From the NCBI GenBank assembly GCA_052168235.1, contig JBQLZK010000015.1, forward strand, positions 32,001 through 96,000: a DNA stretch of 64,000 bases. Direction: 5' to 3'. How positions within the stretch are numbered: position 1 is the stretch's first letter; each line of letters begins with the position of its first letter. The notes under the pieces are model-generated. The model was not told the DNA's origin and did not search any database. It worked only from the letters and a program-made list of their open reading frames with translations. The position numbers and the translations under genes were made by a program. Origin of the DNA: Thainema sp. Its GTDB lineage: Bacteria; Cyanobacteriota; Cyanobacteriia; Phormidesmidales; Phormidesmidaceae. Of this stretch, positions 49,301-59,800 are shown in pieces.

Positions 49301-50968
49301 CACAGGTGCTTGGGCATCATTTAGCCGCTGCATAATTCCTGCTGACGGGAGAGCCGGATCGAGCGGCAGATAGGCTCCTCCGGCTTTGAGGATACCGAGC
49401 AGACCCACCATGAGGTTGCAGGAACGCTCTAGATAAAGTGCGACAGGTATATCGGTGGTGATGTCCTGCTGCTGGAGGCAGTGAGCCAGTTGGTTAGCCT
49501 GTTGATTCAGTTGAGCATAGCTGAGGTGCTGGTCTTCACAGACGACCGCTAGCGCATCTGGAAACTGAGCAGCTTGGACTTCAAAGTGCTGATGTAAACA
49601 GTCTTCTACGGTTTGTTCAGAGGGGACGGGATTAAACTCGGCTAGCACCCGATGTCGCTCGGCAGCACTGAGGATTTCTAACTCACGAATGGGGCAATTT
49701 GGATTTGCTAAAGCATTGCTCAGCAAAACTCGAAACTGATCGGCTAATCGTTCGATTACACTTGCGTCTAAAACCTGCGGATCATATTGAAACTGTAACA
49801 ATAACCGACCAGAAATGCAATGGCAGGAAAGATTGAGATGAAAGCGTTCGATGCAGCTGAAAATATGATCTAACGAAACAGTTAGATTCTGAACAGTGCA
49901 GGGCAGTAACCAATCAGTGTAATTAAAACTGACGGGCAAGTAATTTATTAATGTCTCAGCGCTCCAGTTTTGCCAAGTGAAGTATTCCTGCCATTGTGTA
50001 GCCATCTCACTCTGATCTTTTACCTGCTGTAGAGCCTGATCAAAAGACAGGTGGGTGTCTATAGCATAAAAAGGTAAATATGTTGTGAGTAGCCCTAACG
50101 CTGACGATAGTTCCTCGTAGCTTCGCCCATCAAAGGCGGCACTGATCAAGAAATTTTGATTGTCTACTAAGCGGCCTAATAAAGCTTGCCAGCAGGTTAA
50201 CAAAATATGCCTTTTTTCAACACCCACTGATTGCGATAGCTGGCAAAAATTTTCTATTAGTTGTTGCTGTTCTTCTGGTAAATCAATTTGGAAAATAGCT
50301 GGTTGAAACTGATCAGATACACGATGTTCAAACGGCAAAGAAACTACTTGTTTTTGCTTCAGCTCTACCCTATTCCAGTAAGCTTGTCCAGCCTGATAAT
50401 CTTCATCCTGAGTCGCTAATAGTTCATGTTGCCACTCGGAAATTTGGACATACTGGATGGATTCAGTTTCATACTCTGCATCAGCGTAGTTGGCCAAGAG
50501 CGCATCAATTAGAATGCTTAGCGTCGCAGTATCGGCACAGAGTGCAGGCAGACTAATCAGCAGCCAGAACTGAGCTGGGGCAGATTGAATGAGGTAGACC
50601 TGGAGCGGAGCTTGAGATTCCAAATCGGTCTGGTTTCCAATCTGGTGCAGCAATTCAATGAGCTGTTTCTGTTGCTTCGTAAACGTAGTATGACTCCAAT
50701 CGAGTTCAACCCAGCGGCCAACAGAATCTGATGACACGACCTGAAGCGGCCACTTCATGCCTGGTCGCCGGTGAAATGTAGTGCGTAGAATTTCATGCTG
50801 GTTAACTAGCTTTTGCAGTCCAGCCTTTAGGCGCAGCCGATCCAGTTCGCCCTCAAGCCGCAATACCCCTTGCACTCGATATATGGAATTTTGCCGCTGC
50901 AACGACCACAGCCGCTCCTGTTGAGGCGAGAGCCGAAATCCAGTGATCACTCTATCGAGTTGCTGCAT
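46337..50968 (-). CDS. NRPS: interface(C*)-A(Asp)-PCP-E
   Basis: C-like domain PALCADT lacks catalytic His; A code DLTKIGHVGK; GGDS PCP; E domain; COM-like tail FTPSDF. Confidence 0.9.
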   Translation of the reverse strand: MQQLDRVITGFRLSPQQERLWSLQRQNSIYRVQGVLRLEGELDRLRLKAGLQKLVNQHEILRTTFHRRPGMKWPLQVVSSDSVGRWVELDWSHTTFTKQQKQLIELLHQIGNQTDLESQAPLQVYLIQSAPAQFWLLISLPALCADTATLSILIDALLANYADAEYETESIQYVQISEWQHELLATQDEDYQAGQAYWNRVELKQKQVVSLPFEHRVSDQFQPAIFQIDLPEEQQQLIENFCQLSQSVGVEKRHILLTCWQALLGRLVDNQNFLISAAFDGRSYEELSSALGLLTTYLPFYAIDTHLSFDQALQQVKDQSEMATQWQEYFTWQNWSAETLINYLPVSFNYTDWLLPCTVQNLTVSLDHIFSCIERFHLNLSCHCISGRLLLQFQYDPQVLDASVIERLADQFRVLLSNALANPNCPIRELEILSAAERHRVLAEFNPVPSEQTVEDCLHQHFEVQAAQFPDALAVVCEDQHLSYAQLNQQANQLAHCLQQQDITTDIPVALYLERSCNLMVGLLGILKAGGAYLPLDPALPSAGIMQRLNDAQAPVIVTQSSLLNTLPETTAQVVCLDRDWSAISHYSTENPHSSVKPDNLAYLIYTSGSTGVPKGVAVEHRHVLNYLDGIQQRLNLSPGASYASVSTIAADLGNTAIFSALCTGGCLHLISAERASNPDALAAYNQQYQIDCLKIVPSHLQVLITSAAHPADILPKQCLILGGEAASWELIRNIRELSNCRILNHYGPTEATVGVLTYEIDEIAHEGIVPLGQPLAHSQVYILDQQQQLVPIEVPGELYIGGATVARGYWQRPDLTTERFILNLFANPSTHPFNSSTTHPPIHSSTHPLPHASRLYKTGDRAIYRADGTIEFRGRVDDQVKLRGYRIELGEVESVLQQHPAVQRAVVVLREDQPGQKRLVAYVVVNNCTQDTQALQDYLAQRFPDYMVPSAIAVLDALPLTPNGKVDRHALPVPEMIQSQVSYTPPTTQSEQILTQIWADVLGLEQVGIHDNFFSLGGDSILSIQVIAKANQAGLHLTPKQLFEHQTIVGLAAVAGTESQVQAEQGEVTGSVPLTPIQRWFFEQEFAQPHHWNQAVLLECRQMLDAGFLKQTIEHLIEHHDQLRSHFVHTKSGWQQDILPTSRVRPILEVIDLADCPRAEQAAVLESHANCLQESLDLGSGDLVRVALFDLGADQPQRLLIIVHHLVIDGVSWRILLEDFQTVYGQFSQGQRVQLPAKTTSFQEWANQLQQYAQSLDGQAEVERWQFLLTQATPQIPVDREGQPNTVASTQTVLVELSPSETQTLLQDVPTAYNTHINDVLLTALAQSFQRWIGRSSILIDLEGHGREDLFPGVNLSRTVGWFTVVYPVCLTVDSAESGLARPQVKEQLRQILNSGIGYGLLRYGSNQSAIAQLQSLPRPQVKFNYLGQFDPGMNATAEFVTAAESYGATRSPFGHRSHILEIIGYVTEGSLRLEWLYSQNLHDAATIEALAQHFLVALRSLIQSSQEPATKHFTPSDFAEFQWSNWNQDDLNDIMAAIGDD

Positions 50969-53900
50969 GAGAAACCTCCCCTACCTGTGAATTCTGTAAA
51001 TCGCGATCGCAAATCATTTCGCCCATCGTTACGACAATCTTGCGGGAGCCAACAAAGGGATTACGACCGTGCGCCACGAGCATGTTATCCAGCATCAGCA
51101 TGTCTTGCGCTTGCCAGGGAAACTGGACTTTAGCCTGTTCATAGACGGCATCAAGTTCAGCCAGCACTGATTCTTCAATCGGAGAACCATCCCCGTAGTA
51201 AACATTGCGCGGCAAGTTAGATTCACCGAAGAGGGAAAGCAGCGATTGCCGCACACTTGGCTCTAGGTAAGCAATATGGTGAAGCTGGATCTGATTGAAC
51301 AGTACCCAATCTCCCGTTTTGGGATGGGGCAACACAGCAGGACGAATTTGTCGCGTTCGTAATCCCTGATCGATCCATTCCACCTGCATTTGATGACGAC
51401 GACATTCTGCTTCTACCACAGTGCGATCGCAGGTTTGGAAAAAGCTCTGCCAGCTTACGTCTAGTCCGTCAGTAAAGTTACGAACATACATTAACCGCTT
51501 CTCTTGCAGGCGTTGCCGCAGGTTAGGACTAAGCAACTGATAGGCTTTACGGCAGTCAATGATTGGAGTTTCGCCCCCTTGCTGGGCAGCTTGGACACAG
51601 AAGAACCAAATCTTCATTGGCCAGCGATGAAGGTGAGAACTCTCGTTGTGGAAGCGGATGGCTTGCTCCGCTGGATAAGGCGTTGATCCGTATACCTTAC
51701 CACCCATACCTTCGCGAGGTAGATCGCCATAATCACCGAATAGAGAAGGACAGATAGCCTGAGCAACCTGCTCAAAATCGGTGGCTGACTGGAGGCCAAA
51801 TCCTCGGAATAAAATCGCGCCGTGCTGTTGAAGCTGCTGCTCTAGCCAAGGACGATTATGTTCAGCCCAGTCACTCAAATCCATTGCCTCATCTTTAGGC
51901 TGAATCACAAGCGGTAAGGATGATTCAGCGGACAGATAGCTGGTTTGAATTAACTCCTCCTCTACCCACTGAACGGGTTTTGGTTGGACGGCTTTAAAGG
52001 ACTTGATCTGCTTGAATTTACTGGATTTGCGGTGCGGTGCTGTCATAGCGTTTGAGGATATAGGTGAAAGACCAGCTAGCTCAGAAAGCGAAGCTTGAGG
52101 TTGATTCACAACCTGCTGTAAGAGTTTGATAAAGATTTGGGAGAATTGCGCCAGGGTTTCTGGCTTGAACAAATCGCTGCGGTAGTTCCATAAACCCTGA
52201 ATTCCTTGTTCTGTCTCAGTTAGGAATAAAGCTAGATCAAACTTCGCCGTACCGTTATCAACGTCTAGCGGCACTACCTTCACATTACCCAGATCTAGGG
52301 CTGACATCGGCGCATTTTGCAGCACAAACAGCACCTGAAAGAGCGGCGTGTGATTTAACGATCTCGTAGGATTCAGAGCTTCTACTAGCTTGGCAAACGG
52401 TAAATCCTGGTAGGCATAGGCGTCTAAAGTCACGTCTCGCATGCGGCTCAGCAATTCCTGAAACGTAGGGTTGCCAGACAGATCCGTTCTAAGCACGAGG
52501 ATATTCACCAAAAATCCGATCAGTGCCTCCGTTTCCGCTCGATTCCGATTCGCCACATCCGTGCCCACAACGATGTCTTCCTGCTGCGTATAGCGATAGA
52601 GCAGAATCTGAAAAGCTGCCAAGAGTGTCATAAACAGAGAAACTCCCTGCTGCTGGCTAAACCGATTTAGCGATCGCACGAGATCAGGAGGTAGCATAAA
52701 GGATTGCAAAGCTCCCTGATGACTCGGTTTAGCAGGCCGGGGAAAGTCGGTAGGCAATTGCAAGACGGGCAGTGGAGTTCTGAGCTGCTGCCGCCAATAG
52801 TCCAAATGCTGTTGCAGTGGTGATCGTCCAGTTGCATCAGCCGTCTGGAGCCACTGGCGCTGCCATACGGCGAAGTCGCCGTACTGAATCGGTAGTTCAG
52901 GTAAGGCAGGAGTTTTACCGTTGATTAATGCTTGATAGCACGTTGTCATTTCTTGCACCAAAACACCCATCGACCAAGCATCTGCGATGATGTGATGGAG
53001 CGAGAACAGCAAAATATGTTTGCTCTTACCAAGGCAGAGAAGCTGTGCCCGTAGGAGCGGCCCCTGCGCTAAATCGAAGGGTTGGCAGGCTTCTGACTGG
53101 ATTAGCTGCTGGACGGTAAATGACTGTTGTTCGGGTGGCAGCTCGCTCAGATCGGTGTAGTTAATGCTGATAAATAACTCAGATGCGATCGCCTGTACAG
53201 GAGAACCATCGACCATGACAAAGGTTGTTCGCAAACTCTCATGCCGCTGGATCACGATATTCAAGCTCTGCTCTAGGGCTAACAGGTTCAAGTCTCCCGT
53301 AAGTTCTACGGCAGTTGAGATGTTGTAGCTCGGATCGCCTGGTTGGAGCTGATCCAGTACCCACAGTCGTTCTTGGGCAAAGGATAGTGGCAGTGGCTGC
53401 ATTCGGCCAGCGGGTTGAATTACCAGAGAGTTTGACTGTGCAGCGTTTAAAGGCTCCGATAACGGCTCGGCTAAAAACTCTTGCTCAATTTGTTGAGCCA
53501 GCACTGCAATGGTTGGCGCTTCAAATAAAAGTCGAATAGGAAACTCCTGTTGAAAGGCCTGCCGCAGTCGTGAAATTACTTGGGTCGCTAATAAAGAATG
53601 CCCCCCTAGCTCAAAGAAATTGTCCTCTCTGCCAATGTGATCCAACTTCAAGACTTGTCGCCAGATAGCAGCAATCTGTTGTTCAGACTCGGTTTGCGGC
53701 TCCGCATTGAGAGACAGTTCTGATGGCTGGCAATTAGGTTTAGGCAATGCTTTGCGATCAACCTTACCGTTGGGGGTCAGCGGCAGAGCGCCCAGAGCGA
53801 CAAAAGCCGACGGTACCATATACTCTGGCAAGTGCGATCGCAGTTTCTTCTTCAGCTCCACTTGAGCTGGCTCACCCGATAGCACCACATAGGCCACCAA

Positions 53901-56876
53901 TCGCTGATCCCCTGGCTCATCTTCTCGAGCAACGACAACAGCTTCTTTGACCGCTGACAACTGCCGCAATACCGCTTCAATTTCGCCCAGCTCAATCCGA
54001 TAGCCGCGCAGCTTAATCTGGTGATCCAGTCGGCCTAGATGTTCGAGTGTGCCGTCGGGGCGGTAGCGGGCGAGGTCGCCGGTTTTGTAGAGGCGTGAGG
54101 CGTGAGGGGTGAGGCGTGAGGCGTGGGGAAGTGGATGGGTGGATGGGTGGATGGGTGATGGAGGTTTGGGGGTAAATGTTGAGTGTTGAGTGTTGAGTTT
54201 TGAGTGCTGGGGGCTGAGTGTTGAGGGTTGAGGGCTGAGGGCTGAGAGGTTGGAATCAAAGGTGGCGAACGGGTTAGGGATGAAGCGCTCGGTGGTGAGG
54301 TCGGGGCGATGCCAGTAGCCACGGGCGAGTCCGGTTCCACCGATGTAGAGTTCAGCGGGAACGCCGATGGGTGCGGGCTGTAAGGACTCGTCCAGGAGAT
54401 AAATCTGGGTGTTGTGAATGGGGCGACCAATGGGAATGCCGTTAGTTGTATCCGTAATGTGCTGGAGCGTAGACCAGATGGTTGTTTCAGTCGGGCCATA
54501 GAGGTTCCATAGCGCTTGGCTACGGGTCAGTAACTGTTCGGCTAGATCGGTTGGTAATGCTTCACCTCCAGAGAGGATGGTTAGATCGGATTTACCTGAC
54601 CAACCGGCATTGAGCAGCATTCGCCAGGTTGCTGGAGTAGCCTGCATGACGGTGGCCTGAGTCGTCTCTAATGCGGCAATCAACTGGAGTGCATCTTTGG
54701 TTGTGGAGTAAGGTGCGATCGCAACTTGAGCGCCCGTGACTAAAGGTAGTAAGAGTTCTAAGACGGCGATATCGAATGACAGTGTAGTGACAGCCAGCAG
54801 CCGATCCTGGGCAGTCAGATGCAGGTGGTGCTGGAGGGACAGGAGGAAGTTGACGACGGAGCGATGCTCAATCATCACGCCTTTGGGTTTACCCGTCGAG
54901 CCAGAGGTATAGATCAGATAAGCCAGGTTAGACGCATCAACTTGAACATCAGGAGTGCTCTGAGGCTGCTGGGATAATCGTTCTAAGGCTGTATCTAGAC
55001 ATAGAACCTGGGGCTGATAGGGCTGCTCCTCAACAGTTGCAAGCAACAGATCACTCAGGCTTGCTTGAGTGACGATAAGAGCAATTTGGCTATCCTGCAC
55101 CATGAAGTGCAGTCGTTCAGCGGGGAAGCTGGGATCAAGTGGCACATAGGCGGCTCCAGCCTTAAGAACAGCAAGGAGAGCAATCAGCATCAGGGGTGAA
55201 CGCTCTAGACAGATGCCGACCAGCGTTTCAGAGCCAACACCCAGTGTTTGGAGGTAATGAGCTAGTTGGTTAGCCTGCTGATTCAGTTCTTGATAGGTGA
55301 GATATTGATCCTCAAATACTAAGGCTGTGGCAGCGGGAGTGCGTTTAACCTGCTGCTCGAACAGAGCATGGATGCTACAGTTGGGCAGTGGCATAGGAGT
55401 CTGATTCCACTCCACCAAGAGCTGCTGCCGTTCGGTCGGAGGTAATATAGCTAGCTCTGAGAGTCGCTGATTGGGATTCGTAACAATACTCTCTAGCAGA
55501 GTTTGGAAATGCTGCTGCAAGCGAATAATGGCTGCATCATCAATGCGATCGCAACAGTATTCCAGCATTCCAGTTAGCCCTTGCGCCGTTTCCTCCATCG
55601 CCAAGGTTAGATCAAATTTCGATGTTCCGGAATGCAGTTCAGTGACTTCTAGAGTCAGATCCGGCAGCTCCAAATTGGCACGAGGAACATTCTGCAACGC
55701 AAACATCGCTTGAAATAGCGGCGTAGTGCTACGGTCGGGTTGAAGGCTTTCTACCAGTGCTTCAAACGGTAAATCCGCATGGCTATAGACATCGGTTGCT
55801 GTTGCTCGTAAGCGATGGAGAAAGGCGCGGAAATTGGGGTTGCCAGACAGATTGCTCCGCAGCACCACTGGATTAATAAAACAGCCAATTAATGACTCAA
55901 GCTGGGGCTGAGAACGGCCAGCAGTAGGAGTGCCAACGCAGATATCAGTTTGACCACTGTAGCGATAGAGCAACACCTGGAACGCTGCTAGCAAGGTCAT
56001 AAATAGGGTGACGCCCTCTTGCTGACTAAATTGCTGGAGTTGAGCGGTTAGTTTAGCCGATAGGCTAAATGTTTGAAGACGACCTAAATTTGCTTGAGGA
56101 CGTTGAGCAGACTGGTTTATCGGCAGTTGCAGAATGGGCAAAGAATCTCCTAACTGCTGCCGCCAATAGGCTAGATGAGCTTGAAATTCTGGGCTAGCCG
56201 CTTGTTGCTGCTGCCAAACCGCAAAATCTTTGTATTGAATAGATAATTCTCGCAGAGGAGACGGCTTACCTGCTAAAAAAGCTTGATACAGCGTCGCTAC
56301 CTCTTGAATCAGCAGCCCCTTCGACCAACCATCACTGACAATATGATGCAGAACCACCAGCAGCAGGTGATCATCGGCAGCTAGCCGCAGGAGCAGCATA
56401 CGGACTGGAGCATCTTGACTGAGATCAAACGTATGTTTAGCGATCGCATCTGAGTAACGCTGGATCTCGGACTGTTGTACCTCCGTTGACAAGCTCTGCA
56501 AATCGATGAGCGGCAAGGTCACGGGTTGCCACAGCATGATTGCCTGTCGTGGCTCGCCCTCCACAGTGATGAATCGACTGCGGAGAATGGTGTGTCGTTG
56601 CCGGACGGTATTTAAACTACGCTCTAAAATATCTGTCTGTAACTGACCACGTAGTCGAACCGCCGCCGCTAGATTGTAGAGAGGGCTTTGGGGATCAAGC
56701 TGATGCAGAAACCAGAGCCGTTGCTGAGCAAACGAGAGCGGATAGGTGGTATCGGCTGCTACAACCGGAATCGATGAGGGCGTAATATCCTGAGATTGTC
56801 GCTGTTTCAGCTTTTGTTCTAGCAGCGATCGCTGAGCTGGAGAGAGGGCGGCAATACGTTTAGACAGATCGTTCAT
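50952..56876 (-). CDS. NRPS: C-A(Gly)-PCP-C-TauD (fused beta-hydroxylase)
   Basis: HHIVSDG; A code DILQLGLIWK; GGHS; HHIIADA; C-terminal HNESSH..DNMLVAHGR. Confidence 0.9.
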   Translation of the reverse strand: MNDLSKRIAALSPAQRSLLEQKLKQRQSQDITPSSIPVVAADTTYPLSFAQQRLWFLHQLDPQSPLYNLAAAVRLRGQLQTDILERSLNTVRQRHTILRSRFITVEGEPRQAIMLWQPVTLPLIDLQSLSTEVQQSEIQRYSDAIAKHTFDLSQDAPVRMLLLRLAADDHLLLVVLHHIVSDGWSKGLLIQEVATLYQAFLAGKPSPLRELSIQYKDFAVWQQQQAASPEFQAHLAYWRQQLGDSLPILQLPINQSAQRPQANLGRLQTFSLSAKLTAQLQQFSQQEGVTLFMTLLAAFQVLLYRYSGQTDICVGTPTAGRSQPQLESLIGCFINPVVLRSNLSGNPNFRAFLHRLRATATDVYSHADLPFEALVESLQPDRSTTPLFQAMFALQNVPRANLELPDLTLEVTELHSGTSKFDLTLAMEETAQGLTGMLEYCCDRIDDAAIIRLQQHFQTLLESIVTNPNQRLSELAILPPTERQQLLVEWNQTPMPLPNCSIHALFEQQVKRTPAATALVFEDQYLTYQELNQQANQLAHYLQTLGVGSETLVGICLERSPLMLIALLAVLKAGAAYVPLDPSFPAERLHFMVQDSQIALIVTQASLSDLLLATVEEQPYQPQVLCLDTALERLSQQPQSTPDVQVDASNLAYLIYTSGSTGKPKGVMIEHRSVVNFLLSLQHHLHLTAQDRLLAVTTLSFDIAVLELLLPLVTGAQVAIAPYSTTKDALQLIAALETTQATVMQATPATWRMLLNAGWSGKSDLTILSGGEALPTDLAEQLLTRSQALWNLYGPTETTIWSTLQHITDTTNGIPIGRPIHNTQIYLLDESLQPAPIGVPAELYIGGTGLARGYWHRPDLTTERFIPNPFATFDSNLSALSPQPSTLSPQHSKLNTQHSTFTPKPPSPIHPSTHPLPHASRLTPHASRLYKTGDLARYRPDGTLEHLGRLDHQIKLRGYRIELGEIEAVLRQLSAVKEAVVVAREDEPGDQRLVAYVVLSGEPAQVELKKKLRSHLPEYMVPSAFVALGALPLTPNGKVDRKALPKPNCQPSELSLNAEPQTESEQQIAAIWRQVLKLDHIGREDNFFELGGHSLLATQVISRLRQAFQQEFPIRLLFEAPTIAVLAQQIEQEFLAEPLSEPLNAAQSNSLVIQPAGRMQPLPLSFAQERLWVLDQLQPGDPSYNISTAVELTGDLNLLALEQSLNIVIQRHESLRTTFVMVDGSPVQAIASELFISINYTDLSELPPEQQSFTVQQLIQSEACQPFDLAQGPLLRAQLLCLGKSKHILLFSLHHIIADAWSMGVLVQEMTTCYQALINGKTPALPELPIQYGDFAVWQRQWLQTADATGRSPLQQHLDYWRQQLRTPLPVLQLPTDFPRPAKPSHQGALQSFMLPPDLVRSLNRFSQQQGVSLFMTLLAAFQILLYRYTQQEDIVVGTDVANRNRAETEALIGFLVNILVLRTDLSGNPTFQELLSRMRDVTLDAYAYQDLPFAKLVEALNPTRSLNHTPLFQVLFVLQNAPMSALDLGNVKVVPLDVDNGTAKFDLALFLTETEQGIQGLWNYRSDLFKPETLAQFSQIFIKLLQQVVNQPQASLSELAGLSPISSNAMTAPHRKSSKFKQIKSFKAVQPKPVQWVEEELIQTSYLSAESSLPLVIQPKDEAMDLSDWAEHNRPWLEQQLQQHGAILFRGFGLQSATDFEQVAQAICPSLFGDYGDLPREGMGGKVYGSTPYPAEQAIRFHNESSHLHRWPMKIWFFCVQAAQQGGETPIIDCRKAYQLLSPNLRQRLQEKRLMYVRNFTDGLDVSWQSFFQTCDRTVVEAECRRHQMQVEWIDQGLRTRQIRPAVLPHPKTGDWVLFNQIQLHHIAYLEPSVRQSLLSLFGESNLPRNVYYGDGSPIEESVLAELDAVYEQAKVQFPWQAQDMLMLDNMLVAHGRNPFVGSRKIVVTMGEMICDRDLQNSQVGEVSHAATR

Positions 56877-59800
56877 GACTTTGCTAACAGTGCTTCAAGG
56901 TCTTCGGGAGACAGTCCCTCAAGGTCGTCTAAGATGTCTTGAACAGCATCCAGATCATCAGATGGCGACTGACTGGAATAATCGGTTGGAGATAGTTGAT
57001 CTGCGATCGCAGTTGCTAAACCCGCAATCGTTGGTTGCTCAATTAACAGGATTCGCAGGGGCAGCTCAACCTGAAAAGCTTCCCGAATCCGAGACATCAC
57101 CTGTACTGCTAACAGGGAATGACCACCGAGTTCAAAAAATGATGTGTGGATGCCGATAGTATCAATGCCGAGTAAGTCCTGCCAAATCGTTGCAACGGTT
57201 TTCTCAATTGCATTACGGGGTTGATCACCAGCTACACCATCCTCAGGAGAACCCCCAGCAGAGGCTTCAGTAGAGGCCGTGGGCGCTGATATACTCCGGC
57301 AGGCTTGCTGCTGAATGCGAGTAGCTAAGCTCGTCGTGGAGACCACAACTTGAGGGATGTTCCGTAGGGTGAGAATTCGCTTGAATGTCTCAATTCCTTC
57401 ATCAGGTGATAGCGTTGCTGTGGCTGTCAGCTCTTGAGCCGAACCCCCACTATGCTGCCAGAAGCGCCAACCTTCCCAATTCACACTGATCCAGGGAGTT
57501 GGCTGAAGCTGGTTGAGGGCTGGAACGAGAGCATCCATAAACCAATTGGCGGCAGCATGGGCAATAAAACCGCCCAGTTGAGACGCAATGGAAGACTGAA
57601 CTACGCAAAAATCGAGATACTTGGGAGCTAGAACCTCAGCTAAAACCTGTAATCCTTTGATTTTCGGCGCAAACTGCCACTCACTTTCCCGCCGTCCCGT
57701 TTGCCGAATCGGTCGAAAGGAAGCTTCTGCCGTCGTTTCTGCCGTATGCAGCACACCATGCAGGCTGCCCCAACGGGCTTCAACTTGGGCAATGGCCGAT
57801 TGCATTTGCTTTAAATGGCTAATGTCAGCCGTACAGACCAAAACTTCGGCTCCTAGCGATTCCAAATGCTTAATATGACGGATTTTGCGGCAAATAGGAT
57901 GGGATTCGGGTTGGGCTACAAGCCATTGAGACCATTCAGCCCGAGGAGGCAGCGCTTCAAATTCAATAAATGCTAGTTTCGCCTGTACGGCTTGAGCTAG
58001 GTATTCTGCCAGCGCTGCGCCAATGCCAGCCAAACCGCCTGTGATTAAGTAAACACCTTGCGATCGCAACTGACTTAATGGCTGCTCAGATGCCGGAACT
58101 TGCAGTGGCTCAAAGGTTTGAACCCATCGATGCTGACTGCGGTAGGCAATAACGCGGTCGGCGGTGGGATGCATTAGCTCAGCCTGTAGGCAGGACACGA
58201 TGCGGTTAGTTAGGTCAGTGGTGAGAATTTCTGGAACAGCGATGTCTAAGCTGCGGCATTGAATCGTGGGGCATTCTTGAGCGATCACGGCATGGGTTCC
58301 CACAACCGTGGCTTGCTCAGGACGCAGCAGTTCAGCCCCTGTTACATCATGTACCTGATTAGTCAGAAGCCACAGCGTCAGAGGTCTTGAGGGTTCAGCC
58401 TGCTGAATTGCCTGAGCTAAGTACAGCACACTGTAGAAGCCCAGATCCTGAGCTGCATTAAACCGATCGATGTCAAATTGGTTAAAACCAAATGCCGCAG
58501 AGGATGCGGAAAGGCTCCAACCGTGAGCAATCACATCAGGAAACTGTCCGGCTTGGATCAGCGATCGCACCAGTAGCTGATAGTCCTCTGGCTGGCATGG
58601 ATCGAGCCAGTAGCGGTTGTCCTGCTGCTGAAACTGCGTTCCAACCTGCACCGAAATAATCGTTTGATTCATTGCGCTGAGCCGCCGCGCCAGCCGTTCA
58701 CCGATCCCTCGCTCATCCAAAAATAACAACCAGATTTGGCGCGAGGAGTCAGACGTTAGTGCATAGGGAATGTGCGATCGCACCCAGGTTGGTAAGTAGA
58801 ACCACTGATCGATAGGTGCCCGGAGTTCCGGTGCTGCCGTGGATCTGATTGGCATAGAAGCAGGCTCAATCCAATACCGCTGTCGTTCAAAGGGATAACT
58901 GGGCAGCAGCACCCGCTGTCGCTGCTCGTGGACATAGAACGTTGACCAGTCAACAGTTACACCCGCTAACCAAAGCTGGCCCATTGCGCGGAGCAAAAAC
59001 GCTGTATCAGAGACGGAATCCTGGGGATGGCGCAGTGATGAGAGGATTTGAGTGTCACCTAAAGGCTGCTGTCGTGCCAGTGTTGCCAAGGTATGCCCAG
59101 GCCCCACTTCCAACAAGATACTGGGTTGTTGATGCAGCAGCTCACTCATACCTTGACTGAACTGTACAGGCTGCCGCAGGTGATTGACCCAGTAGTCTGA
59201 ACTAGTGGCTTCCTCTGCTGTCAACCAAGTGCCCGTAATGTTTGAAATCAGGGGAATTTGCGGTGGATGCAGCCTCACTTGGCTGACAGCGCTGCGAAAT
59301 GGTTCCAAAGCCCCGTCCATCAACGGAGAGTGGAACGCATGGGACGTTTTTAGCCGACGGCAGAAAATGCCATCCTGCTCTAAGCGTGTTTGCAAAGCTG
59401 CGATCGCAGTTGCAGTTCCGGAGACGACGCAAAGCTGCGGCGCATTGTTGGCGGCCAACCAAAGTTCATCACCTAAATAGGGCTGAATCTGATCGGCGGA
59501 TAGGGCAACCGACAGCATTTGTCCCGCTGGCATCTGCTGCATCAGTTGTCCGCGTACGGCGACCAAGTGCAAAGCATCCGATAAAGAAAAGACACCTGCC
59601 AAACAGGCAGCAACATATTCCCCTAGGCTGTGACCCAGAAGCGCCTGGGGTTGAATTCCCCACTTGATCCAGAGCTGAGCTAAGGCGTACTCTACGACGA
59701 ACAACGCCAGTTGGGCAGTTGCCGTTGCTTGTAGCTGTACCTGTGCAGATTCAAGCTGATCAGGATGCGGGTAGATCTGCGATCGCAAATCCCAGTCGAG

